Assembly (NCBI GenBank): GCA_947589495.1
Contig: CANQAK010000003.1
Coordinates: 218 to 64,217, forward strand
Source of the DNA: an uncultured Bacilli bacterium
Lineage (GTDB): Bacteria; Bacillota_I; Bacilli_A; RF39; UBA660
Length of the DNA stretch: 64,000 nt
Reading direction: 5' to 3'
Made by a program: the position numbers and the translations under genes. The notes beneath the pieces were generated by a model, which saw nothing but the letters and a program-made list of their open reading frames with translations, was not told the origin of the DNA and ran no database searches. This document shows positions 1 to 9,579 of this stretch, piece by piece (position 1 is the first letter of the stretch; every line of letters starts with the position of its first letter).

Positions 1-263
1 CCTTTCTAATTGTTGTTTTCTTACCCTTTAACTTTATAATTCCCAATACTAATCCTTTTTCCTTTGATGAATTTATTATTTTCTTTCTAGCTATTTTCCT
101 CCTTTCACTATTATCTATATCTTTTTCTATTTTTTTCTATTTTACTCCTTTACTATTATATATCTTTCTTTTTCTTACCTTTCCTTTTTTTATTTTAAAA
201 TTTTTTAAATTAAATTTAAATTAAAATAGAAATAAAGTTTTTCTTTACTTTTTAAATGCACAA

Positions 264-305
264 AAAAACAATCACTAAATTTTAAAAAACTAGTAATTGT
301 TTTTA
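264..305 (-). terminator. Rho-independent terminator after truB
   Basis: Minus-strand hairpin AACAATTACTA / TAGTGATTGTT (11 bp, one mismatch) followed by a T-run. Confidence 0.55.
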
Positions 306-311
306 ATATTA

Positions 312-1697
312 TTAATTAAATAGAATAATTAATTTACCTAGATTATCTTTAAATTCATATAATGCTACTTCCTTTTGATTTTTTACATATAAAATATAAC
401 CATTCAAAGAATCTTTAATAAGATTACCATTCATAACTAATTTTTCTATAGTAGAAGATAGTTCTACTACGTTTAAATCTAAAACATCTTTTAATTTAAA
501 ATATTTATAATTCTTTTTTATTTCTTCTAAAGAATAAGCATTTTCAATTAAAAAATTACCTTGTTTAGTTCTTATTAAAGAGTTCATTGTACCACATATA
601 TTTAATTTTTCACAAATACTTGCAATAAGACTTCTTATGTAAGTACCTTTACTTACTAATACTCTAAATTTAATAATATCTTTTTGATAATCTAATAATT
701 CTATTTCTTTTATATATACTTCTTTTGTAGGTAAAGTTACTTCAATATTTTCATGTGCATATTCATATAATCTTTTACCATTAACATGAACTGCTGAATA
801 CAAAGGTATTTCTTCTATATATTTTCCTAAAAAACTATTTAAAGTCTTCTCAATTAATATCTTAGAAATTTCTTTAACTTCTTCTTTTTTTATAACACTA
901 CCAGTAATATCCCCAGTATCAGTAGTAATACCTAATTTAATTTCTGCAATATATTCTTTATCATAATTAGTTATTAAAGGAACAAGTTTAGTATATTTAC
1001 CAGTTAAACAAACAAGTACTCCCGTTGCTAAAGGATCAAGAGTACCAGTATGACCTATTTTTTTTATTCCAATTATATTAGTAAGTCTATTTATAACATC
1101 TCTACTTGTATAATTTTGTTCTTTATTTATAATAATAATTTGATTATCATCTAGATTAATATTTTTAGTTAATAAATAATAATAATCATGAATATTTTCT
1201 TCTTCCTCAATAAATCCTAAATCATAAGAAAGTTTTAAAAGAATAATATTTTTTAAAGGTATTCTTAAATACATTTTAGAATACCCTAATTTTTTAAAAT
1301 AACCATTTAAATAATTAATAACTTTTCTCTCAATTATTTTTTCTTCTTCTTTATCCATTTCATCTAAAATAATATCTAATATAACTTTAGATTTTTTATT
1401 AATTAAAACAAAGCCCTTTAACTCATTTAATATATATATTTTAAATAACAAAATTAAACTATTTTCTTTAACAATTTGAATAATATCATAAGCTTCATTA
1501 AAATACTTAGCATAACCATTTATTTTAGAATTTAAAGGATTTGGTTCATCAATATTTTTTACAACTTTTAAATAAGCTTCATAGAAATCATAACCATAAT
1601 ATTTTATATAATATTTCCGATATAAATTAATAAAAATATTTTCTTCTTCACCATTTAAATTATCACTAATTAATATTTTTACATTTTTTAATTCCAT
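312..1697 (-). CDS. truB: tRNA pseudouridine(55) synthase TruB with a ~180-aa N-terminal extension (GNAT-like?)
   Basis: C-terminal 280 aa carry the TruB signature KKIGHTGTLDPLATGVLVCL and lie downstream of rbfA. The N-terminal part is continuous in frame and has no TruB similarity. Confidence 0.85.
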   Translation of the reverse strand: MELKNVKILISDNLNGEEENIFINLYRKYYIKYYGYDFYEAYLKVVKNIDEPNPLNSKINGYAKYFNEAYDIIQIVKENSLILLFKIYILNELKGFVLINKKSKVILDIILDEMDKEEEKIIERKVINYLNGYFKKLGYSKMYLRIPLKNIILLKLSYDLGFIEEEENIHDYYYLLTKNINLDDNQIIIINKEQNYTSRDVINRLTNIIGIKKIGHTGTLDPLATGVLVCLTGKYTKLVPLITNYDKEYIAEIKLGITTDTGDITGSVIKKEEVKEISKILIEKTLNSFLGKYIEEIPLYSAVHVNGKRLYEYAHENIEVTLPTKEVYIKEIELLDYQKDIIKFRVLVSKGTYIRSLIASICEKLNICGTMNSLIRTKQGNFLIENAYSLEEIKKNYKYFKLKDVLDLNVVELSSTIEKLVMNGNLIKDSLNGYILYVKNQKEVALYEFKDNLGKLIILFN

Positions 1698-1705
1698 AAA
1701 ATCCT

Positions 1706-2047
1706 TTAATTATCTTTAATATCTTTTAAAATCTTTTCTATTTTAGTAGCATATTCAATAGAATTATCATAAATAAACTTTAATTCTGGAATATTTCTTA
1801 CTTCTAAAACTTTAGCTAATTTTCCTCTTAAAAAAGGGGATGCTTCTTTCATTTCTTTTTCTATTTCTTGATGAGTTAAATTAGAAATACTTGTAAAAAA
1901 TACTTTAGCGTAACTTAAATCTTTACTAACACTTACCTCGGTTAAAGTAATAGTTTTTAATAATTCATCGTCTGTTTCAGTTAAAATAATATTACTTAAA
2001 TATTTTAAAATATCACTTTCTATTCTTTCTATTTTATGACTAGGCAT
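1706..2047 (-). CDS. rbfA: Ribosome-binding factor A
   Basis: 113 aa with an RbfA-like sequence (VSVSKDLSYAKVFF). Sits in the conserved infB-rbfA-truB order. Confidence 0.9.
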   Translation of the reverse strand: MPSHKIERIESDILKYLSNIILTETDDELLKTITLTEVSVSKDLSYAKVFFTSISNLTHQEIEKEMKEASPFLRGKLAKVLEVRNIPELKFIYDNSIEYATKIEKILKDIKDN

Positions 2048-4148
2048 GTTTTACCTCAACTAATTCAAATACTTCTAAAATATCTCCTTCTTTTATATCA
2101 TTAAATGCTTCTAAAGTAATACCACATTCAAATCCTTTTTTCATTTCTTTTACAGATTCTTTTCCTCTTTGTAATGAAGATATTTTTGTTTCAGTTATAA
2201 CTACACTATCTCTTATAACTCTTACACTTGAATTATTTTTAACTATTCCATCAGTTACATAACAACCAGCAATATTTCCAATTTTAGAATATTTAAAGAT
2301 TTTTCTTATTTCAACTGTTCCAATAACTTTTTCTTCATATTCAGGATCTAACATACCTTGAATAGCTAATTCCATTTCTTCAACTAATTTATAAATAATT
2401 GTATAAAGACGTATATCAACATTATATTCTTTAGCAATTTCTTTAGTAATATTACTTGGTACAACATTAAATCCAATAATAATAGCATTAGATGCATTAG
2501 CTAAAACTACATCACTTTCTGTAATAGTACCAATACCACTTCTTATAACTTTAACAGAAACATCTCCAATATGAATTTTTTCTAAAGCATTTTTAACTGC
2601 TTCTTCACTACCACGAACATCACATTTTAATACGACATTAACTTCTCTATTTCCTGATTCAATTTGTTTAAATAAATCATCTAGAGAAACAACATTATTT
2701 TTATATTTAGAGACATTAGCATTTTTTCTTTTAGAAGCAATTTCTTTAGCTTTACTTTCTGTTTCAAAGGCCATAAATTTATCACCAGCTTCAGGTGTTT
2801 CAGAAATACCAGTTACTTCTACTGGAGTTGATGGCCCTGCTTCTACAATTGATTCTCCTAGATCATTTTTCATCGTTCTTACTTTACCAAAATGTTCTCC
2901 AACTACAATAGGATCTCCAATACGTAATGTTCCATTTTGAATAATAAATGAAGCAATTCCTCCAACATTTTGAACTACTTTAGATTCAATAACAGAACCA
3001 GTTGCATAACGATTAGGATTAGCTTTATAACCATTTACTTCAGCAATTAATTCGATAGTTTCTAAAAGTAAATCAATTCCTTCACCAGTATGAGCAGAAA
3101 TTTTAATAAATGGTGTATCACCACCCCATTCTTCAGGAGTAATTCCATTTTCTACCATTTCTGTTAAAATACGTTCTGGATTAGCTTCTGGTTTATCAAT
3201 CTTATTAATGGCTACAATAATTGGTACATTGGCACTCTTAGCATGATCAATAGCTTCTTTAGTTTGTGGCATAACTCCATCATCTGCTGCTACTATAATA
3301 ATAACTATATCTGTTACACTGGCTCCTCTTGCACGCATTTCTGTAAAAGCTGCATGTCCTGGAGTATCTATAAATGTTATTTTATTACCATTATGTTCTA
3401 TTTGATAAGCCCCAATATGTTGAGTAATACCCCCAAATTCTCCATCAACAACATGAGAATGACGAATGTAGTCTAAAAGAGTTGTTTTACCATGATCAAC
3501 ATGTCCCATAATTGTAACAATTGGAGGTCTTTTAACTAAATCTTCTTCTTTATCAATAATTTCATATTCTTCAAAATTAGCTAAATCTTGTGTTTCTTCT
3601 TTTTTTAATGTTTTATTGTAATCTAGTACAACAATTTCAGCATTATCAAAATCAATTGAATCATTTAAATTTAACATAAGTCCTAAAGACATCAATTTTT
3701 TAATAATTTCAGTTCCACTTACATCTAATTCTTTTGCAAGATCTGATACAGTCATTCCTTGTTTATATAAAACAATATCATCAGAAGTATTAGTATTACT
3801 CATTAATTTTTCTTTATGTTTATACATTTCTTTTTTTAAAGTTTTATAATTATCTTTATTCTCTACTATTTGCATCTTCTTCTTTAATTTTTGCTTTTTT
3901 GATGAATTAGAATCTGAAATATTATTACTTTCCATTATATCCATAGCAACATTTTCTACAAGTTCATCTTCATCATAAGTAATTTCTTCATCAGTACTAA
4001 TTAAGTTAAGAGTATAATCAAGATTTATAACATCTTCATCATTTAAAATGTCATCCCCATTTTTAACATTTATTCCTAACTCCATACATTTTTTTAAAAC
4101 TTCTGCAACTGATAAATTTAGGCTTTCAGCATATGCTTTAACTGTCAT
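2040..4148 (-). CDS. infB: Translation initiation factor IF-2
   Basis: GTPase motifs [17 protein letters not shown] and NKID. Has the IF-2 C-terminal domains and follows nusA-ylxR. Confidence 0.97.
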   Translation of the reverse strand: MTVKAYAESLNLSVAEVLKKCMELGINVKNGDDILNDEDVINLDYTLNLISTDEEITYDEDELVENVAMDIMESNNISDSNSSKKQKLKKKMQIVENKDNYKTLKKEMYKHKEKLMSNTNTSDDIVLYKQGMTVSDLAKELDVSGTEIIKKLMSLGLMLNLNDSIDFDNAEIVVLDYNKTLKKEETQDLANFEEYEIIDKEEDLVKRPPIVTIMGHVDHGKTTLLDYIRHSHVVDGEFGGITQHIGAYQIEHNGNKITFIDTPGHAAFTEMRARGASVTDIVIIIVAADDGVMPQTKEAIDHAKSANVPIIVAINKIDKPEANPERILTEMVENGITPEEWGGDTPFIKISAHTGEGIDLLLETIELIAEVNGYKANPNRYATGSVIESKVVQNVGGIASFIIQNGTLRIGDPIVVGEHFGKVRTMKNDLGESIVEAGPSTPVEVTGISETPEAGDKFMAFETESKAKEIASKRKNANVSKYKNNVVSLDDLFKQIESGNREVNVVLKCDVRGSEEAVKNALEKIHIGDVSVKVIRSGIGTITESDVVLANASNAIIIGFNVVPSNITKEIAKEYNVDIRLYTIIYKLVEEMELAIQGMLDPEYEEKVIGTVEIRKIFKYSKIGNIAGCYVTDGIVKNNSSVRVIRDSVVITETKISSLQRGKESVKEMKKGFECGITLEAFNDIKEGDILEVFELVEVKHA

Positions 4149-4169
4149 AATACCATCCTTTCTTTTTTA

Positions 4170-4427
4170 TTATAATAAATTATTTAATTCATCATATATT
4201 TCTTCTTTAATTTCTACTTCTAAAATTTTATCTAAAATTTTATTTTTTCGAGCTTTTTCAAAAACTTCTTTATCTTTTTTTAAATAAGCTCCTCGTCCAT
4301 TTTTCTTACCGGTTAAATCAACTTCAACAATTCCCTCTTTATTTCTAACAATTCTAATTAAATCTTTTTTTTCACATTTTTCTTTAGTAACTACACAAGT
4401 TCTTAAAGGTTTCTTTCTCTCTTTCAT
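4170..4427 (-). CDS. ylxR: YlxR/RnpM family RNA-binding protein (DUF448)
   Basis: 85 aa with the RTCVVTKEK...GRGAYL pattern, located between nusA and infB. Confidence 0.85.
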   Translation of the reverse strand: MKERKKPLRTCVVTKEKCEKKDLIRIVRNKEGIVEVDLTGKKNGRGAYLKKDKEVFEKARKNKILDKILEVEIKEEIYDELNNLL

Positions 4428-4435
4428 TTTACCTC

Positions 4436-5587
4436 TTAATCTTGATTACCTTCTCTATTAATTTGAGATAAAGTTTTTATTTCTAATTTATATTTTGTTA
4501 GTTTACTAGCAAGTCTTATATTACTTCCCTTTTTACCAATAGCTAAACTTAAATTATCATCAGTAACAATTGCTAAAGCTTCTTTTTTTACTTCATCTTT
4601 TATGTTAACAATAACATTTTTAGCAGGGCTTAAAGCATTGGCAATAAAAGTTTTAGGATCTTCATCATATAATATTAAATCTATTCTTTCACCAACATTA
4701 TCTTTATCATTTGTTTTAACCATATTACCATTTAATTCTTTTAAAATACTAGCAATACGGCTTCCTTTTTCTCCTATACATGAACCAATGGCATCAATTC
4801 TTTCATTAGTAGAATAAACTGCTACTTTACTTCTATTACCAGCATCTCTAGCAACACCATATAAAATAATTTCTCCGTCTTGTAATTCAGGAATCTCTGA
4901 TTCAAATAAACGTTTAACAAAACCATAATGTTTTCTTGAAGTCATAATTACTGGTCCTTTACTTCCACTTTCAACTTTAGTTATGTATACTTTAATACTT
5001 GAACCCATTTTAATAGATTCCCCAGGAATAATTTCTGATTTTGGTAAAATTGCTCTTGTTCTTCCTAAATCAATATAATAATTTTTAGCATCTTCCATGG
5101 CTACAAGCCCTAACATTAATTCAAATTCTTTATCTTGGAATTCTTCAATAATACTATTTTTTTCAGCTTCTCTAATTTTTTGAGTAACTACTTGTTTAGC
5201 AGTACCAGCAGCAACACGACCAAAATCTTTAGGAGTTACTTCTTTTTCAATTGTATCGCCAACTTTAGCATTAGGATCTATTTCTCTAGCTTCCTCTAAT
5301 AAAATTTGAGCATCAATATTAATTTTAGGAGGTATTTCTACAACATTTCCTTCTTCATCAACAGTTTCAGTTCCTTCATCAATTTCAGGAACTACTACTA
5401 AATAAGAAAATACTTTAATTTCTCCTGTTTCTCTATTAATATCTACTCTTACATTAGTCTTTGAATCAAAATTTTTCTTATATGCTGTTTGTAAAGCTAA
5501 TGTCATGGCTTCATATACAACATCTGGACTAATTTTCTTTTCTTTAACAATTGTATCTAGTGCTTTTATAAATGCTTTACTATCCAT
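4436..5587 (-). CDS. nusA: Transcription termination/antitermination factor NusA
   Basis: 383 aa with NusA N-terminal, S1 and KH (GxxG: IGKKGSNIR) regions in the canonical operon position. Confidence 0.95.
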   Translation of the reverse strand: MDSKAFIKALDTIVKEKKISPDVVYEAMTLALQTAYKKNFDSKTNVRVDINRETGEIKVFSYLVVVPEIDEGTETVDEEGNVVEIPPKINIDAQILLEEAREIDPNAKVGDTIEKEVTPKDFGRVAAGTAKQVVTQKIREAEKNSIIEEFQDKEFELMLGLVAMEDAKNYYIDLGRTRAILPKSEIIPGESIKMGSSIKVYITKVESGSKGPVIMTSRKHYGFVKRLFESEIPELQDGEIILYGVARDAGNRSKVAVYSTNERIDAIGSCIGEKGSRIASILKELNGNMVKTNDKDNVGERIDLILYDEDPKTFIANALSPAKNVIVNIKDEVKKEALAIVTDDNLSLAIGKKGSNIRLASKLTKYKLEIKTLSQINREGNQD

Positions 5588-5591
5588 TTTT

Positions 5592-5846
5592 TTAACCTCT
5601 TTCCTTACTTATTACATCTAAAATATATTCACTTTGACATACATCATACTCATCTACAATTGGATTAACTATATGAGTTGCCTCAACTATACCATCTAAA
5701 TCAATTCCACCGACTTTATCAAGTACTACTGTTAAAAATGTATATTTACCTTTTTTTTGAATAAATATATCATCCACAATTATTTCTTTTTTAGCTAACG
5801 CATCACTAAGGGCGTTTTTTAAATCTTCTAATTTTTCCATATCCAC
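5592..5846 (-). CDS. rimP: Ribosome maturation factor RimP, N-terminal domain only
   Basis: 84 aa aligning to the N-terminal half of RimP and ending at YILDVISKERG (compare LEVSSPGxxRPL). Lies directly upstream of nusA. Confidence 0.6.
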   Translation of the reverse strand: MDMEKLEDLKNALSDALAKKEIIVDDIFIQKKGKYTFLTVVLDKVGGIDLDGIVEATHIVNPIVDEYDVCQSEYILDVISKERG

Positions 5847-5929
5847 CTCAAATTAATAATAAAAGCAGGATTGTAATCCCACTCAAATTTCAATAATATT
5901 ATATCAAATGATTAAAAAATAGACAAGTA

Positions 5930-6724
5930 TTACTTTCTTAAATCTAGTTTTCTACTTAATTCTTCAAATTTTTCATTATTATTAATATGTTCTTTTCCCA
6001 AATTTCTTATAAATTCATAATTTTTATATACATCTTGTATACTTACTAAAAAGCATCTTCCTGTCACAAAAGGACTTGCAAAAAATATACCAGCATTAGA
6101 AATGCTACTTTCAAATATTTCAGTAATATCTTCATTTACATATAAATCTTCAATTTTTTTAATACCTTTAGAGTATAAATAAGTAGTTAAGTCATTTAAA
6201 TTATTTTCATAAGATTTTTGTAAATTAGTTAGTAATTCTTTATCTATTTTTTCTTTTACTTCATCTAAATGAGTTAACTTATTAATTGGAATTTGAAATT
6301 CTTTACTTTCAGGAACAATTATTCCGCTTGAATCATCACCATAGATTCCAAAAAAACGCCAGTCACATATTTCATATATTCCATAACCCGCATGTTCAGT
6401 TAATACATCATCAGGGATAATATATTCACAAATCCATACAGGATCTTTTTCATATCCATTACTTCTAGCAACAAATTTTATCTTAAATAAAGCTTCATCT
6501 AAATAAGCATAAAATGTTTTAAATCCTTTATGACATCTTCTATTACCATTAAATTTACAATAATTAAAATATCTATTTAAATTATTTGAAGGAATTTCCA
6601 TATAACCTAAATCATAAAAAATTTTCTCTGGTGTATTTATACTATGAGATTTATAATTTGAAATAAAATAACTACTTTCTGGTATTGGTATTATTCTATA
6701 TACTAGTGCCAAAATAACCCCCAT
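5930..6724 (-). CDS. Hypothetical protein
   Basis: 264-aa ORF with no recognisable motif. Confidence 0.5.
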   Translation of the reverse strand: MGVILALVYRIIPIPESSYFISNYKSHSINTPEKIFYDLGYMEIPSNNLNRYFNYCKFNGNRRCHKGFKTFYAYLDEALFKIKFVARSNGYEKDPVWICEYIIPDDVLTEHAGYGIYEICDWRFFGIYGDDSSGIIVPESKEFQIPINKLTHLDEVKEKIDKELLTNLQKSYENNLNDLTTYLYSKGIKKIEDLYVNEDITEIFESSISNAGIFFASPFVTGRCFLVSIQDVYKNYEFIRNLGKEHINNNEKFEELSRKLDLRK

Positions 6725-6836
6725 CTCTTTCCAAAAATGATATTATACACGAAAATTTTATTTTAGCAAGTTATTTTAATATAATTTACTCATACAAAAA
6801 AACATTATTAACAATTGTAATAATGTAAACAATTTA

Positions 6837-7346
6837 TTATTTAAGTAATCCATTTTGAACTAATTTTGTTTCATTTACGACCATAAAAGCTTTATTATCA
6901 TAACCTTTTACTAATTTAGTTAATTCTTTTAATTTATTATTATTTATTTGAATATATAACATATCTTTATTATTGCCTTCATAATCATTTTTAAGTTCAA
7001 TAATAGATACAGCATATCCTTTTTTTCTTAATTTTTGAATTAATTTATCTGATTCTTTTTTTAAAACTATTTGGACACCCATAACTCCTTTAACAAATTT
7101 ATTAGATAAAAAAGAACCAATTAAAGTTCCTGTTGCATATCCTCCAGCATAAGATATAGCAATTAAAACGGTATTGCCTCCCGTATTTAAGGCTTCTTTA
7201 GCTACTGCATACCATACTAATACTTCAAAAAATGCTATAACAAAAGGTTCAACTGTTTTACCTTTAACAAAAAAAACAGTTCTTAAGGTTCCTAATGTCA
7301 CATCAACAATTCTTGCTGTAAAAATTTGTAGACATTTTAGTAGCAT
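6837..7346 (-). CDS. UPF0316 / DUF2179 family membrane protein
   Basis: FTARIVDVTLGTLRTVFFVKG motif. Start moved to the ATG at 7346, which is preceded by AGGAGGATT. Confidence 0.75.
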   Translation of the reverse strand: MLLKCLQIFTARIVDVTLGTLRTVFFVKGKTVEPFVIAFFEVLVWYAVAKEALNTGGNTVLIAISYAGGYATGTLIGSFLSNKFVKGVMGVQIVLKKESDKLIQKLRKKGYAVSIIELKNDYEGNNKDMLYIQINNNKLKELTKLVKGYDNKAFMVVNETKLVQNGLLK

Positions 7347-7357
7347 AATCCTCCTTA

Positions 7358-7570
7358 CTAATGTGTAAACACGATTATACAAATTAATAAGATAAAGAAT
7401 AATACAAAGCCAATAACAAATCCCCACATAACTGCATCAGTTGGTTCTTCATCTCTTTTTTGAAGTAGTTCATTATCGTGATTATACATTTCACTTTTTA
7501 ATTTAACTTCTTTAGGTTTCTTTTCTTTTACTTCTTCTTTTTTATTATTATGTTCACCTTTTTTGCTCAT
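7358..7570 (-). CDS. Small membrane protein, K/E-rich N-terminus with one C-terminal TM
   Basis: 70-aa ORF with a hydrophobic tail (WGFVIGFVLFFILLICIIVF). Confidence 0.4.
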   Translation of the reverse strand: MSKKGEHNNKKEEVKEKKPKEVKLKSEMYNHDNELLQKRDEEPTDAVMWGFVIGFVLFFILLICIIVFTH

Positions 7571-7644
7571 TATTATTTTCCTACTTTCTAAAAAAATTAT
7601 ACCAAAAATTTTTATTAATAAATAGTTTTAAATGTTATTTATGT

Positions 7645-7673
7645 AAAAAAACTGTTAAAAAAACAGTTTTTTT
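7645..7673. terminator. Bidirectional hairpin terminator after cotJC
   Basis: AAAAACTGTT aaaa AACAGTTTTT with A/T runs on both sides. Confidence 0.6.
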
Positions 7674-7674
7674 A

Positions 7675-8232
7675 CTAGTAGCCTTTATTTTTATAATATT
7701 CATATAATTCTTTAAATCTATTAAAATGAACAACTTCTCTTTGTCTTAAAAATAAAAGTGGTGCTAAAACATCTTCATCGTTTGTTAAATCAATTAAGTT
7801 TTCATATACTGCTCTTGCTTTTTGTTCAGCAGCCATATCTTCCATTAAATCTGCAATTGGATCAGCTGTAACGGCAAAATATGTTGCTGTAAAAGGTACT
7901 CCTGATGCATCAACTGGATAAATTCCTTTATTATGATCAGCATAATATGATGAAAGTCCTGCTTCTTCTAATTCTTTTAATGTCGCATTCTTAGTCAATT
8001 GGTGAACCATTGAACAAATCATCTCGCAGTGCCCAAGTTCTTCCGTACTAATATCGTTTAAAAGAGCTTTACCTTTGTCATCTGGCATAGTAAATTTTTG
8101 ACTAAAGTAACGCATTGCAGCAGCAAGTTCACCATTGGCTCCTCCAAATTGAGTTAATAAATATTTAGCCATTCTTAAATCTTTTTTACTAATACTTATT
8201 GGATAATTTGTGTGCTTAACATATTTAAACAT
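7675..8232 (-). CDS. cotJC: Spore coat protein CotJC / manganese catalase family
   Basis: FGGANGELAAAMRYFSQ and EELGHCEMI di-metal ferritin-like motifs. Adjacent to a CotJB-like gene. Confidence 0.85.
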   Translation of the reverse strand: MFKYVKHTNYPISISKKDLRMAKYLLTQFGGANGELAAAMRYFSQKFTMPDDKGKALLNDISTEELGHCEMICSMVHQLTKNATLKELEEAGLSSYYADHNKGIYPVDASGVPFTATYFAVTADPIADLMEDMAAEQKARAVYENLIDLTNDEDVLAPLLFLRQREVVHFNRFKELYEYYKNKGY

Positions 8233-8719
8233 AAATATTACCCCCTAAATTTTCCCATGACCATGGTCCATTAATCCATTCATATTTTTCACCACTAGTT
8301 TCATTTATTGTAAGTGGTCCATAACTTTTAATATATTCTTTTTTAGCTTCTTTTTCTTCTTTAATAAATTCTTCTAATAACATTAATGCATTTCTATCTT
8401 CTGGATGTAAATCTAAATATAGATTCATATCGTTAATAGCAAATGAATATTGCATAACATTAAATAATTTAGCTTCTCTATCATTTCTAGGTTTAATATT
8501 TACATATGTTAAATTCTTATATGGTTTATATTCATCTTTAAACATGTTTCCTCTTAAAAATCCTTCTTTGGCAGTTAAAAATTTACTAGAACTCATGTTA
8601 CTCATACTTTTCATATTACTCATGCTACCCATATTAGACATATCTTGTTTAGTATTTTGTAATCCTGCTAAACTTAATAATGAAAAATCTAAATCGATAT
8701 CGTTATTGTCAAATAACAT
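8225..8719 (-). CDS. cotJB: CotJB-like spore coat protein with an N-terminal CotJA-like segment and an MSN repeat
   Basis: The C-terminal half (FAINDMNLYLDLHPED...YGPLT) matches the CotJB pattern. The upstream segment EGFLRGNMFKDEYKPY resembles the CotJA core. Confidence 0.65.
   Translation of the reverse strand: MLFDNNDIDLDFSLLSLAGLQNTKQDMSNMGSMSNMKSMSNMSSSKFLTAKEGFLRGNMFKDEYKPYKNLTYVNIKPRNDREAKLFNVMQYSFAINDMNLYLDLHPEDRNALMLLEEFIKEEKEAKKEYIKSYGPLTINETSGEKYEWINGPWSWENLGGNIYV
8588..8641 (-). repeat. Six imperfect 9-nt tandem units (ATG AGY AAY) encoding MSN/MGS/MKS
   Basis: Read directly from the sequence: DMSNMGSMSNMKSMSNMSS within the cotJB-like ORF. Confidence 0.8.
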
Positions 8720-8777
8720 AAAAAATTACCTCCTACATTAATGTATGAGATAATTATTTAGCCTTCCATGCTTTCGC

Positions 8778-9458
8778 CTATTTTATTGCTTCAAATTCAT
8801 AAATATCTAATAATTCTTCTAAATCATCAGCTTTTAAAGATGTTCCATTAACACCATCTAAAATGTTAGTATCTAATATTTCCCCATTTCTAACATATAT
8901 TATGGCAGGTATTTGTTCTAAATCTTTTATATCTAAACTTTTTTCTATTGTTTCTAAGTAATTATTATCACTTTCTTTTAATTTAGTTAAATCAACATAA
9001 TAAAATATATCATTTAATTTATATTTATCTATTAATCTTTTTAAACCCTTCTCTAAATTATAAACATCTTCATCTTTAGTATATCCTAAATAAATAAAAT
9101 AAGATGATGGTGCTTCTTGCCTTATCTGACTTAAAGAATTTAAGTCATTGATGCTTGAATCAACAGTATTTGATGATATTAAATAACTTGTCATTAACTT
9201 TTCTTCTTCTTTTACTTGATACCATTTAAAGATATATAATACTAAAAGTATTGCTCCTAAAAGTATCGCTAGAGCTATTATATAATTTTTAGAATCTATT
9301 TTCTTTTCAATAACTACTTCTTTTGTCATTTTTTCTTTAGGAGCTTCTTTTTTTACATTGCTACTTTTGGTAGCATTACTCCTTTTTTTAGTAGCAGTTT
9401 TAGTTGATGTTTTAACATTTTCTTTTTCTTTAGTAACATCAGTCTTTTTTTGACTCAT
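8778..9458 (-). CDS. Membrane-anchored thioredoxin-fold-like protein lacking CxxC
   Basis: K-rich N-terminus, one TM, and a C-terminal pattern (FIYLGYTKDED...IPAIIYVRNGEILD) that is thioredoxin-like but has no cysteines. Confidence 0.4.
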   Translation of the reverse strand: MSQKKTDVTKEKENVKTSTKTATKKRSNATKSSNVKKEAPKEKMTKEVVIEKKIDSKNYIIALAILLGAILLVLYIFKWYQVKEEEKLMTSYLISSNTVDSSINDLNSLSQIRQEAPSSYFIYLGYTKDEDVYNLEKGLKRLIDKYKLNDIFYYVDLTKLKESDNNYLETIEKSLDIKDLEQIPAIIYVRNGEILDTNILDGVNGTSLKADDLEELLDIYEFEAIK

Positions 9459-9526
9459 TATTTATCATATCCTTTCATACTAATTTTAACACATTCCATT
9501 TTTATTTGTAAACTTCTTTTCTTAAC

Positions 9527-9562
9527 AAAAAGAAAGTATTTTTATTTTCTAAATACTTTCCC
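9527..9562 (-). terminator. Terminator after modular protein A
   Basis: Hairpin GAAAGTATTT / AAATACTTTC followed by TTTTTG on the minus strand. Confidence 0.6.
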
Positions 9563-9579
9563 TAAATTTTAATTTTTTT

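Noticed and set aside
3243-4817. Plus-strand ORFs 3243-3476, 4048-4287 and 4602-4817.
   Set aside because: They are antisense to infB, ylxR and nusA, which are unambiguous. They have no RBS and no meaningful sequence features.
7347-7427. 27-codon upstream extension of the UPF0316 ORF.
   Set aside because: The internal ATG at 7346 has a perfect AGGAGG RBS and gives the family-typical N-terminus. The extension also overlaps the 3' end of the preceding small membrane-protein gene (7358-7570).
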